Source of the DNA: Acidobacteriota bacterium | GTDB lineage: Bacteria > Acidobacteriota > UBA6911 > JACQSX01 | Length of the DNA: 19,442 nt | Assembly: GCA_036507075.1 (NCBI GenBank) | Contig: DASXQR010000019.1 | Span: 1-19,442, forward strand | Reading direction: 5' to 3' | Part shown: positions 7,224-14,980 of the stretch, one piece after another | Numbering within the stretch: position 1 is the stretch's first letter | Layout of the letters: every line of letters begins with the position of its first letter | Made by a program: the position numbers and the translations under genes | Notes under the pieces: generated by a model | The model's database searches: none | What the model saw: only the letters and a program-made list of their open reading frames with translations | Told to the model about the DNA's origin: nothing

Positions 7224-7709
7224 TCAAGAAATCGTAAGGTTAGTGTATTTTTGGGCGCGCAGGCGCTTGAGGGCGATGTTATACAGCGATGTCAGATTTT
7301 CTGCTTCACTGGGATATACCGCACAGGATGCCTTCAGCGACACAGCTTTGTGCTCTTTTGATACGGAAAGCAGGAAGTCTGATTTCAGACGTTGGAGCAC
7401 TGAGAGACAATTTTCGGCCTTCGAATTTAAGAGAATAACCGCCAGCGTTCTGTTACTTAACGTCCCCACGCCGTCGTTCTGTCGGACGCAGGCCCTCAAG
7501 AAACGGGCCAGATTCGCAAAAAGCGCATCCTGGTCTTTTGGAATTCTAAACAGGAGAAGGGCGACAAAGAATTGATACCTGAGGGCACGCGCTAATTCTT
7601 CTTCTAAAGAATGAAAGAAGAGTTCGCTGTTCAGGCATGGACGATCTGGTTGGAAAGCTCGCAGCAATTCTCCGGACCTCTGTTTAAAATTCATTGCAGT
7701 CAGGCTCAT
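7224..7709 (-). CDS. Stand-alone degenerate GGDEF-domain protein (RxxD I-site retained, active site lost)
   Basis: LNSELFFHSLEEELARALRYQFFVALLLF...LRACVRQNDGVGTLSNRTLAVILL...LKASCAVYP follows the GGDEF fold pattern; the GGDEF position reads SNRTL with RQND five residues upstream. Alternative start at ATG 7694. Confidence 0.8.
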   Translation of the reverse strand: MSLTAMNFKQRSGELLRAFQPDRPCLNSELFFHSLEEELARALRYQFFVALLLFRIPKDQDALFANLARFLRACVRQNDGVGTLSNRTLAVILLNSKAENCLSVLQRLKSDFLLSVSKEHKAVSLKASCAVYPSEAENLTSLYNIALKRLRAQKYTNLTIS

Positions 7710-7724
7710 GCTATGTGTGACCGA

Positions 7725-7740
7725 AGCAAGATTATTGCCA
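7725..7740 (-). promoter_or_regulatory. sigma54 -24/-12 promoter for the degenerate GGDEF gene
   Basis: Minus strand reads TGGCAATAATCTTGCT (GG-N10-GC, TTGCT); predicted +1 near 7714. Confidence 0.7.
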
Positions 7741-8155
7741 AAGATAATCCAGCACGGACAAACCGGAGCTTTTTAACAACACCGACACAAAAGTGCACAA
7801 CATTCCGCTCTTTAAGAACAACGATTTTCAACTCCGGCTCCAACCACTCCGGGAGTTTCTCGATGAATGTCAAAAATGCTGTAGAAAAACTAGCAGCTTT
7901 TGCGTAGTGGATCGCACATTTCCGTTCAAAGCGTTGGTACCGCTCTCCTTGGCCTTCCAAATATTCCAGGTTATCTCCGTCGTTCGTACGATCACCTAGC
8001 CCGAACCATTTAAGAAAACTTAGCCGCCAAGACCGGGCCCTTGCGGTGAATTTTCTAATAATCGGGCCTGCCCACTGAAATTCTGCGGCACACTATATTT
8101 TTCGCCACCCTTTTTACCCTTTTAAGAATGACAGCCCGTTGGAGCGACGAGAAGT

Positions 8156-9565
8156 ATGCACACGTCAGCGCAGCCATTACCCCAACTCTTGTTTATTGAC
8201 GATCAGGAATCCTTTCAGAAATTCGTGACCAGGAACCTGGGTCAGATCGGCTATCACGTAATCACTGTCGGGCACTGGCATGAGGCCAAGAGCCTGATAG
8301 AAAAGGAAAAAGTGCAACCGGAAATTGTATTTGTCGAGCCGCTGTCAAATGGGAACTTTGAGGACCTGAAGGATATCTGTTCTCAAGTTTCACACACTCC
8401 CATCGTGGTGCTGTCCGCATCGAGAGATCCTAAAACCATCCTTAAGGCTCTTCGCCTTGGAGCTCAGGATTACATCTGCAAACCGTTTGATCTTAAAGAA
8501 CTTCAGCGAACCATCGACGAAATTATCATCAGGAAAAGGGCAAAGCTTGAACCTGCTCCACTTCGCGCGAAAGCTGCCGACGATGGATTTGTCTTCAGCA
8601 GCCCCAAAATGAAACAGATCCATGACACCGTCGTCCAGATCGCCAACGAACGGATTCCGTTGTTATTACAAGGGGAAAGCGGTGTCGGCAAAGAGGTTAT
8701 CGCGCGGCTGGTCCATCGGTGTTCCAAATGGTCACGCCGGCCGTTCGTCAAGGTCAACTGCGCGGCGGTACCGGCCGAACTTGCCGAAAGCGAGCTCTTC
8801 GGTTATGAAAAGGGCGCCTTTACCGGCGCTTACATTGACCGGCCTGGCAAGTTCGAGTTTGCAAATGGCGGCACTATCTTTCTCGATGAAATCACCGAAT
8901 TCACTCCCGCCACTCAGGCCAAGCTTTTACAAGTGCTTCAAGATGGAAAATTCACACGCCTCGGCAGTAATCAGGAGATCCAGGTTGATGTTCGAGTCAT
9001 TGCCGCAACCAACCAAAAACTGGACGACGCGATAGAAAAAGGGACTTTTCGAGAAGATTTGTACTATCGCTTAAACGTAGTGAACATTGAAATCCCTCCT
9101 CTGCGAGAGCGAAAGGAAGACATCCCTCTCCTTTGCGACCATTTCCTTTCAAAATTCAGCGAGCAGAACGGGAATCTTAAGAAGATTCCGGAAGTGCTAT
9201 CCAAGCTTTTTCATGCTTATCAATGGCGTGGAAACGTCCGCGAATTGGAAAATTCCATCAAACGTTATCTAGTCATGCAGGATGAGGAAGCTCTTCGAAT
9301 GGAGCTGGAGGCCAAAATATCCAGCCAGACGTTGGATGACATTATCGATAAGGGAAAGAACGAGGAGAGCCTGGATCTCAAGGAAATTGCAAAAAAGGCC
9401 AGCGCTGTCGCTGAAAAGAATATGATCATCAAGACGCTTGCCCAGACCAATTGGAATAAATGGAGGGCGGCTAAAGAGCTAAAGGTCAGCTATAAGACCT
9501 TCCTTACCAAGGTAGTGGAATACGACATAAAACCGCAAACCGGAAAAGTTCTCACTCAAAGTTAG
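8156..9565 (+). CDS. sigma54-dependent transcriptional activator, NtrC/AtoC family (atypical receiver + AAA+ + Fis-type HTH)
   Basis: Receiver LLFIDD...IVFVE...IVVLS...DYICKPF; Walker A GESGVGKE; ESELFGYEKGAFTGA; Walker B IFLDE; FREDLYYRLNV; GNVREL; HTH NKWRAAKELKVSYKT. Confidence 0.95.
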   Translation: MHTSAQPLPQLLFIDDQESFQKFVTRNLGQIGYHVITVGHWHEAKSLIEKEKVQPEIVFVEPLSNGNFEDLKDICSQVSHTPIVVLSASRDPKTILKALRLGAQDYICKPFDLKELQRTIDEIIIRKRAKLEPAPLRAKAADDGFVFSSPKMKQIHDTVVQIANERIPLLLQGESGVGKEVIARLVHRCSKWSRRPFVKVNCAAVPAELAESELFGYEKGAFTGAYIDRPGKFEFANGGTIFLDEITEFTPATQAKLLQVLQDGKFTRLGSNQEIQVDVRVIAATNQKLDDAIEKGTFREDLYYRLNVVNIEIPPLRERKEDIPLLCDHFLSKFSEQNGNLKKIPEVLSKLFHAYQWRGNVRELENSIKRYLVMQDEEALRMELEAKISSQTLDDIIDKGKNEESLDLKEIAKKASAVAEKNMIIKTLAQTNWNKWRAAKELKVSYKTFLTKVVEYDIKPQTGKVLTQS

Positions 9566-9583
9566 TACCTAATTGCATTTTTC

Positions 9584-9730
9584 CACCACAAAGACACAAA
9601 GATCACCAAATCGGACGAGGGGCAGGCAGAGTCCGGTCATCCCAGAACACGTTGCCACAATTCACTTTGAGACCTGACGGGACTCTGTCTGTCCCTCGTC
9701 CGATTTGGTGTCCTTTGTGTCTTTGTGGTG
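9584..9730. repeat. 56-bp-arm inverted repeat (MITE/REP-like) with CACCACAAAGACACAAAG ends
   Basis: Arms 9584-9639 and 9675-9730 match at 51/56 positions (two differences are G-U compatible on the + RNA), with a 35-nt loop; sits between convergent stop codons. Confidence 0.85.
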
Positions 9731-9736
9731 AAACGA

Positions 9737-11233
9737 TTAACCTCCCACCAATTCCCGAAACATTTTCTTCTGACGATCCAGAGCCTTTTGATAGATTTCG
9801 TGATTATCCCAGTTGGGCCGATATTCCCTTCCGATCGCAGCCGGAAGATCTTCAAACTGGTCGATCACGCCCAGTGCGCGCAACGCCAGCAGCGCGGCGC
9901 CACGGCTGGAAGCCTCCGTCTCTTCCGAAGCCAGAATGGGGCGGCCGAGTGCATCGGCCATCATTTGCTTCCAGACATTTGAAGCCAGCAGCGCGCCGCC
10001 GGTCGCAATCACCTGCGCTTTTCTGGCGACGATTCCCTTCAACAGTTGCTCGATCAGGGCAAACCTGCAGGCAACCGCCTCCAGAAAGGCCTGCGCCACC
10101 TGTACGGGCGTAGTCTGCAGAGTAAAGCCTGAGATCGCGCCCCGGGCATGATCGGCCCATTCGGGACTCCGCTCACCCAGTAGAAAAGGAAGCACGGTCA
10201 GCCCGTGCGAATCCGGTTTGAGTTTGGAAATGAGATTTTCCAACTGCGGCGCCGGCGGGAGATTAAATGTTTCGCGCAGCCAGGGTATCAGAATCCCGCC
10301 GTTTGAAAGAGCGCCTCCCATTAGAATCCGTTTCCGGTCTGCGCGATAACACCAGAGTCCCGGCACGATCTCAAACGAGGCCGGCTGCCAGCAGACGCGC
10401 ATCGCTCCCGACGTTCCAACCATCAGCGCCAGCCGGTTCTCGTCGACGCAGCCGCATCCAATATTACTGGTTGCGCCATCGCCCACCGCAGGAATCCAGC
10501 GGGTCGTCTTCCAACTCGACCAGCGCGCCGCAAAAGTAGGAGCCAGCGGTGGAAGTTCTTCCTGAAGGCCCACCAGAAGGGGCAACTGCGAGCGTTCAAT
10601 CGGCAGTTCACGCAGCGTCTCGTTGTCCCAGTCCTGCGTGTGTTGGTTGAACAGGCCGCTGGCCGAGGCCATAGACACGCTGCAGTGATCGGTACCGAGC
10701 AATTGCCGATAGAGATACTCTCCAAAGGACAGCCAGCGCGCCGCCCGCTCCAGCAGATCAGGACGCGAATGGCGCAGCCATACAAGCTTGGGAGGCACAT
10801 AGCTGTGGTGGAACATGCAGCCGGTGCGCGCGTGGTATTGCTGTTCGTCCAGGCGGGCGCGCAGCGCGGCGGCCGCCTGACGGCTTCTCACATCCGCCCA
10901 GAGATAAACCGGAGTAACCGCATTGCCGCTGGAATTGACGCCCACCAGGCTGTGCCAGAAAGTGCAGGTTGCGACCGCACCCACTCTCCTGGCGAGCGTG
11001 CCGGTCTTGCGATACAACTCCTGGAGGCAAAGCACCACGGAATCCACCAGTTCGGTCGTATCCAGTTCGACGCCGCCGTCTGCCGTGTTGTGCAGTTTAT
11101 GGGAAACAGTTGAGTCCATGCCGGCAATCTGCCGGGCGCGCGCATCATAAAGGATGGCTCGCGTGGAAGAAGTTCCTACATCCAGCGCCACGACCAGCGG
11201 GTCGACAGCCGAGGAAGGCTCAATCGGCGGCAT
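9737..11233 (-). CDS. gntK: FGGY-family carbohydrate kinase, gluconokinase-like
   Basis: 498 aa; ALDVGTSSTR, TFWHSLVGV, YLWADVR, YHARTGCMFH, SMASASGLFN, GDGATSNIG, MVGTSGAMR, GGALSNGG, PFLLGERSP, ATGG motifs match Bacillus-type GntK. Confidence 0.85.
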   Translation of the reverse strand: MPPIEPSSAVDPLVVALDVGTSSTRAILYDARARQIAGMDSTVSHKLHNTADGGVELDTTELVDSVVLCLQELYRKTGTLARRVGAVATCTFWHSLVGVNSSGNAVTPVYLWADVRSRQAAAALRARLDEQQYHARTGCMFHHSYVPPKLVWLRHSRPDLLERAARWLSFGEYLYRQLLGTDHCSVSMASASGLFNQHTQDWDNETLRELPIERSQLPLLVGLQEELPPLAPTFAARWSSWKTTRWIPAVGDGATSNIGCGCVDENRLALMVGTSGAMRVCWQPASFEIVPGLWCYRADRKRILMGGALSNGGILIPWLRETFNLPPAPQLENLISKLKPDSHGLTVLPFLLGERSPEWADHARGAISGFTLQTTPVQVAQAFLEAVACRFALIEQLLKGIVARKAQVIATGGALLASNVWKQMMADALGRPILASEETEASSRGAALLALRALGVIDQFEDLPAAIGREYRPNWDNHEIYQKALDRQKKMFRELVGG

Positions 11234-11251
11234 CAGAGTGGAATTGAAGCC

Positions 11252-11323
11252 GAATGCGGAATTCGGAATGCGGAATGCGGAATAAAGCTGTCGTTTGTCC
11301 GTCGTCCGTTGTCCGTTGTCGGT
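11252..11323. repeat. Two adjacent heptamer tandem arrays, (GAATGCG)x4.5 and (TGTCCGT)x5
   Basis: GAATGCG GAATTCG GAATGCG GAATGCG GAAT at 11252-11283; TGTCGTT TGTCCGT CGTCCGT TGTCCGT TGTCGGT at 11289-11323. Confidence 0.85.
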
Positions 11324-11343
11324 TATTCACTGTGAGATAGAGT

Positions 11344-11384
11344 CCTCTGCGAAACTTGGCGCACTTTGCGGCTCTGCGGTGAAC
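11344..11384. repeat. 9-10-nt periodic repeat (CTCTGCG/CTTTGCG...GGTGAA family)
   Basis: CCTCTGCGAAACTTGGCGCACTTTGCGGCTCTGCGGTGAAC; same architecture as the right arm end at 9705-9732. Confidence 0.6.
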
Positions 11385-11412
11385 GCGATCTCGGTTCTGT
11401 TGCAGCTCAATC

Positions 11413-12687
11413 TCAATTTCGCCGGTACAGATAAAGATCCCGGCCTGCGTTCTCAATCACGAGAGAATCCGCATCTCGAATTTGATCGGGGTCGACGCGG
11501 CCCGGGTCCTGATACTGCAGATTCACCTGGTGACATTCCTCCCTGGGAACCTGCGAAGCAAGAGTGATTTGAAAACGGGGCGTTTCGACGCCATCCTTCC
11601 ACTCACCTGCATAACGCACATGTGTGAGATGCGCGGCTACGCACAGGTTTTTTTGCAAATCCTCGTTCCGGCTGACCATTTCCTTGACCCTTCCGAGGAC
11701 GTGATACCCGTAACGTCGAATCAAATCGCCGTGAGTTAATGAAATGTGGCGCAGGTGCGGCGCCACGATCAACAGCTCGCCGCCCGGCTGGATAACGGCG
11801 CCGATCCGGTAGCTTGCCTTGCCTCCTGTCCAAAGTTCATCGTAGTGCGGATCCAGCATGGCGACCACGCGCTTGAAGCGACGCGTCACGAAACGAACGT
11901 GTACCCGCGAGCTGACCGCTGCCGCCCTTTCAAACGCGCCGATGATGTTTCCGGTAAACAGCGCATGGGTGCGCAACCGCCCGTCGTCAGCACGCGTGGA
12001 AACAGAATTAAATGAGATCACCTGTTGAATGATGGACCTTGAGGCCTCATTCAAAAGGCGCCGGATGGGAGTATCAAGGTTGCCAATGGTGTTTTCGATA
12101 GTAGCCAGGGCCCCTACCCAATGGGTGGCATGGGTGACGTCAGGTCCGCCGACGCCCGGAAAGAAATATTTCGTTCCTCCTGAAAAACCAGCCACCTCGT
12201 GCGGCGTCGTCCCGCCAATCACAAAAACAGTGTCATACAGCCCCGGACCCAGCAGCCGGTTGATTCGCAGGTTCACCTCCTGCGCATACAGACCATCGGT
12301 AAGTTCAATAACCCTTTGCGCGCTTATTCTGCCGATCGCGGTCAGGTGAGCCGGGTCATCCCAGTGATGATCAAAGATCGTTCCCAGCTTGCGCAACGAT
12401 GTATGCAGGCCAGCGCCGATCTTCGCTCGCTTTTCCGACCCGGTCATTGGAGGGTGGGTTCCCTGCGCGATCAATACATCAATACGGCCGACTGTTTCGG
12501 GAAGCTCCTCACACAGGATGGGGAAAAGCACATCGGTCAAGTCATCGCGGGTTTTGTCGGGCACGATCGCCAGGATCGTTCGCCCAGGCCTGCAGGAAGC
12601 AAAGGTCTCTTTAACGATGGCTCGGATCGCGGTCGAGTCCAGATCAACTTCGGCTCCACCGATTCCGCCGGTCCATTTTGTGTGCAT
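11413..12687 (-). CDS. LarA-superfamily (lactate racemase domain) nickel-pincer 2-hydroxyacid racemase/epimerase; GntE-like candidate
   Basis: 424 aa from ATG 12687 (the ORF-track extension to 13053 overlaps the SDR and a REP). Motifs PDKTR, AQGTH, PHEVAGFSGGTKYFFPG, THATHW and ELWTGGK correspond to LarA cofactor-binding and catalytic Asp/Arg/His/Lys residues. Confidence 0.88.
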   Translation of the reverse strand: MHTKWTGGIGGAEVDLDSTAIRAIVKETFASCRPGRTILAIVPDKTRDDLTDVLFPILCEELPETVGRIDVLIAQGTHPPMTGSEKRAKIGAGLHTSLRKLGTIFDHHWDDPAHLTAIGRISAQRVIELTDGLYAQEVNLRINRLLGPGLYDTVFVIGGTTPHEVAGFSGGTKYFFPGVGGPDVTHATHWVGALATIENTIGNLDTPIRRLLNEASRSIIQQVISFNSVSTRADDGRLRTHALFTGNIIGAFERAAAVSSRVHVRFVTRRFKRVVAMLDPHYDELWTGGKASYRIGAVIQPGGELLIVAPHLRHISLTHGDLIRRYGYHVLGRVKEMVSRNEDLQKNLCVAAHLTHVRYAGEWKDGVETPRFQITLASQVPREECHQVNLQYQDPGRVDPDQIRDADSLVIENAGRDLYLYRRN

Positions 12688-12705
12688 CAAATTAGTATAC
12701 GCGAT

Positions 12706-12788
12706 GTAGGGGCGGCCTGACATGGCCGCCCGATTCGCCGATTTGACCAGCGGCAACCATGCGGGCGGCCATGTCAGGCCGCCCCCAC
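12706..12788. repeat. GTAG/GTGG-type REP doublet (REPIN-like)
   Basis: GTAGGGGCGGCCTGACATGGCCGCCCG (12706-12732) and an inverted copy at 12762-12788 differing only GTAG to GTGG; each unit is itself palindromic (GGGCGGCC-tgacat-GGCCGCCC). Confidence 0.88.
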
Positions 12789-12797
12789 GGTTTTGAT

Positions 12798-13571
12798 TTA
12801 CTGGTTTACGCCCGAGGCCAGCAACCCGCCGTCTACCACCAGAATTTCTCCCGTCACGTAGCTGGCCGACTCTGAGGCGAGGAAAATCGCGGCGCCGACC
12901 AGTTCTTCCACCTGTCCGAAGCGACCCATGGGAGTGCGCAGCTTGAATTCCCTTCCCCGCTCGGTGCCATCCAGCAACGCGGTGTTCAACGGGGTCCGAA
13001 ACACGCCGGGCGCAATCGCGTTCACATTCACTCCATACTTGCACCACTCGCATCCCAGACTCTTGGTGAGCATCGCCACTCCGGCTTTAGAAGCCGAATA
13101 GGCCGAAGTTTCATGCAGGCTCACAAACGAAGCCAGCGATCCAATGTTAATGATGCGGCCGTAGCCGCGCGCGATCATTCCCTTGCCGAAAATCTGGCAG
13201 GAGCGCAGCGTCCCGGTCAGATTCGTGTTCAAAATGGCATTCCAGTCGTCTTCTGTCATCTCCAGTGTGGGAACGCGCTTTGTGCGCCCCGCAGAATTGA
13301 CCAGAATGTCCACGCGCCCGAACTCTGTTGTCACGCGGTCGTGCAGCTTCTGCAGCGAAGCACGATCGTCGACGTCGCCTGTGGCGCGCAGCGTCCGCCT
13401 GCCTTTGGCTTCAATGTCGGCGGCCGTGGCATCTACCTGCTCCTGGCGGCGACTGGCAGGAACGACACTGGCGCCGGCGTCTGCAAATCCCAGGGCAATG
13501 GCCTTTCCTATTCCGCTGGTGCCGCCAAGCACCACAGCTACTTTGTCTGTCAAACTGAGTTTTGAATACAT
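12798..13571 (-). CDS. Classical SDR oxidoreductase (gluconate 5-dehydrogenase/KduD/UxuD-like)
   Basis: 257 aa; VLGGTSGIG, ASRR (basic, NADP-type), DILVNSAG, NTNL, IGS, YSASK, VNAIAPG, RTPMGRFG, VDGG. Confidence 0.92.
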   Translation of the reverse strand: MYSKLSLTDKVAVVLGGTSGIGKAIALGFADAGASVVPASRRQEQVDATAADIEAKGRRTLRATGDVDDRASLQKLHDRVTTEFGRVDILVNSAGRTKRVPTLEMTEDDWNAILNTNLTGTLRSCQIFGKGMIARGYGRIINIGSLASFVSLHETSAYSASKAGVAMLTKSLGCEWCKYGVNVNAIAPGVFRTPLNTALLDGTERGREFKLRTPMGRFGQVEELVGAAIFLASESASYVTGEILVVDGGLLASGVNQ

Positions 13572-13700
13572 TCAAATGAGCGCCGGCAGTAATTACCAGT
13601 GCCGGGAATCCATAGGGCGACGCACAAAAATATCATCAAGTGCCAAAAACGCCGTGAAAAATTCGAGCAGCAGTCTGACAGCGAGCACCTGGCACAAAAC

Positions 13701-13750
13701 CTGGCTTGGTGCCTTGGTGGTTTCATTTTTTTAACCACCAAGACACCAAG
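13701..13750. repeat. Inverted pair of the CTTGGTGCCTTGGTGGTT/AACCACCAAGACACCAAG repeat
   Basis: 18-bp arms at 13705-13722 and 13733-13750 with one mismatch; the 22-mer 13701-13722 is identical to 14901-14922. Confidence 0.8.
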
Positions 13751-13877
13751 GCACCATTCCGTCACCCGACGAATATGCAGTTTCCACTTGCAAGGCTTTG
13801 CCGCCTTCTAGTTAACTTTCCATTCTGGACAATGTCGACAACTGGTAACTCATGCTCCTGTTAACTTGTGACTTGCA

Positions 13878-14894
13878 ATGGATTTTGGATTAATCGGAAC
13901 CGGGCTGATCGCCGACATCCACGCTGAGGCGATTCGCAACATATCGGGCTGCCGCGTGTCGGCCGCCTGGGGGCGGAATTTCGAGCGTACGCAACAGTTC
14001 TGCTCCCGTTTTGGAGGTTCGCCGTTTCGAGAAGCCGGCGATCTATTCAGGTCCAAAGAGGTCGAAGCCGTTGTCATCTGCACCCCCAGCGGAACGCATG
14101 CGGACCTTGGAATTCAGGCGGCCCGCAATGGCAAGCACGTGCTGGTGGAGAAGCCGATCGATATCAGCCTGGAGCGGGCTGATGCGCTCATCTCCGCCTG
14201 CCGCGAAGCAGGAGTGAAACTGGCCACCTGTTTTCAGAGGCGCTGCCTTGACCACGTCAGGCAGGTCAAGGAAATGGTTGATGCGGGAAAACTCGGACGG
14301 CTGCTGGTGGTGGACGCTTTTATCAAATGGTATCGAAAACCAGGCTACTACGCCGGGAGCTGGCACGGCACTAAAGCGTTAGATGGAGGAGGGGCGCTGA
14401 TTAATCAGGGCATCCACGCCGTGGACTGGCTTCTCTGGATCGGCGGTCCTGTTCGGAGCGTTGCCGCCCGAACGCGTACTCTGCTCCATAAGATTGAAGC
14501 CGAGGATACGGCGCTGGCAGTGCTGGAATTCTCAAACGGAGCTGCGGGACTGATCGAGGCCACAACCTGTGTTTATCCCGGTTTTGCCATGCGCCTGGAA
14601 ATCACCGGGGAAAAGGGTTCCATTACGATTACTCCCGATGCTGTAGAATTTGCCGAAATCACCAACATCCCAGATGCGATCAAGCTCTTCCACCGCGCCG
14701 GGCTGGATGATGGGAGCAGCGATCCGGGGAACATCGGCTGGGAAACGCATCGGCGACTGATCGAGGACTTCATCATCTCCATCCGGGAAAATCGAAAGCC
14801 GCTGGTGGACGGCACGGAAGGACGCCGGTCGCTGGAACTGGTATGCGCCGTCTACGAATCCTCCGCAAAGCAGCAGTGGATCACGCTGAAGTAA
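13878..14894 (+). CDS. Gfo/Idh/MocA-family NAD(P)-dependent oxidoreductase
   Basis: 338 aa; GLIGTGLIA, VVICTPSGTH, GKHVLVEKP, FQRR, GGGALINQGIHAVD, EAEDTA. Confidence 0.93.
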   Translation: MDFGLIGTGLIADIHAEAIRNISGCRVSAAWGRNFERTQQFCSRFGGSPFREAGDLFRSKEVEAVVICTPSGTHADLGIQAARNGKHVLVEKPIDISLERADALISACREAGVKLATCFQRRCLDHVRQVKEMVDAGKLGRLLVVDAFIKWYRKPGYYAGSWHGTKALDGGGALINQGIHAVDWLLWIGGPVRSVAARTRTLLHKIEAEDTALAVLEFSNGAAGLIEATTCVYPGFAMRLEITGEKGSITITPDAVEFAEITNIPDAIKLFHRAGLDDGSSDPGNIGWETHRRLIEDFIISIRENRKPLVDGTEGRRSLELVCAVYESSAKQQWITLK

Positions 14895-14900
14895 ATTAAG

Positions 14901-14958
14901 CTGGCTTGGTGCCTTGGTGGTTGGAACTTTTCACCACAAAGGCACAAACAGCACAAAG
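14901..14958. repeat. Same nonamer-periodic repeat family, inverted pair
   Basis: CTGGCTTGGTGCCTTGGTGGTT (14901-14922) followed by CACCACAAAGGCACAAACAGCACAAAG (14932-14958). Confidence 0.75.
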
Positions 14959-14980
14959 CACGATTCTGCAATCGTAATAA

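Noticed and set aside
7706..7960. 84-aa minus ORF upstream of the GGDEF gene
   Set aside because: TTG start, no motif, and it spans the sigma54 motif at 7725-7740; more likely divergent promoter DNA, although the 4-nt overlap means it is not fully excluded.
12688..13053. N-terminal extension of the 546-aa ORF
   Set aside because: Overlaps the SDR gene in another frame and reads through a REP doublet; the LarA-sized protein starts at 12687.
13690..13705. TGGCACAAAACCTGGC as a sigma54 promoter
   Set aside because: GG-to-GC spacing is 11 rather than 10 nt, and it overlaps a repeat.
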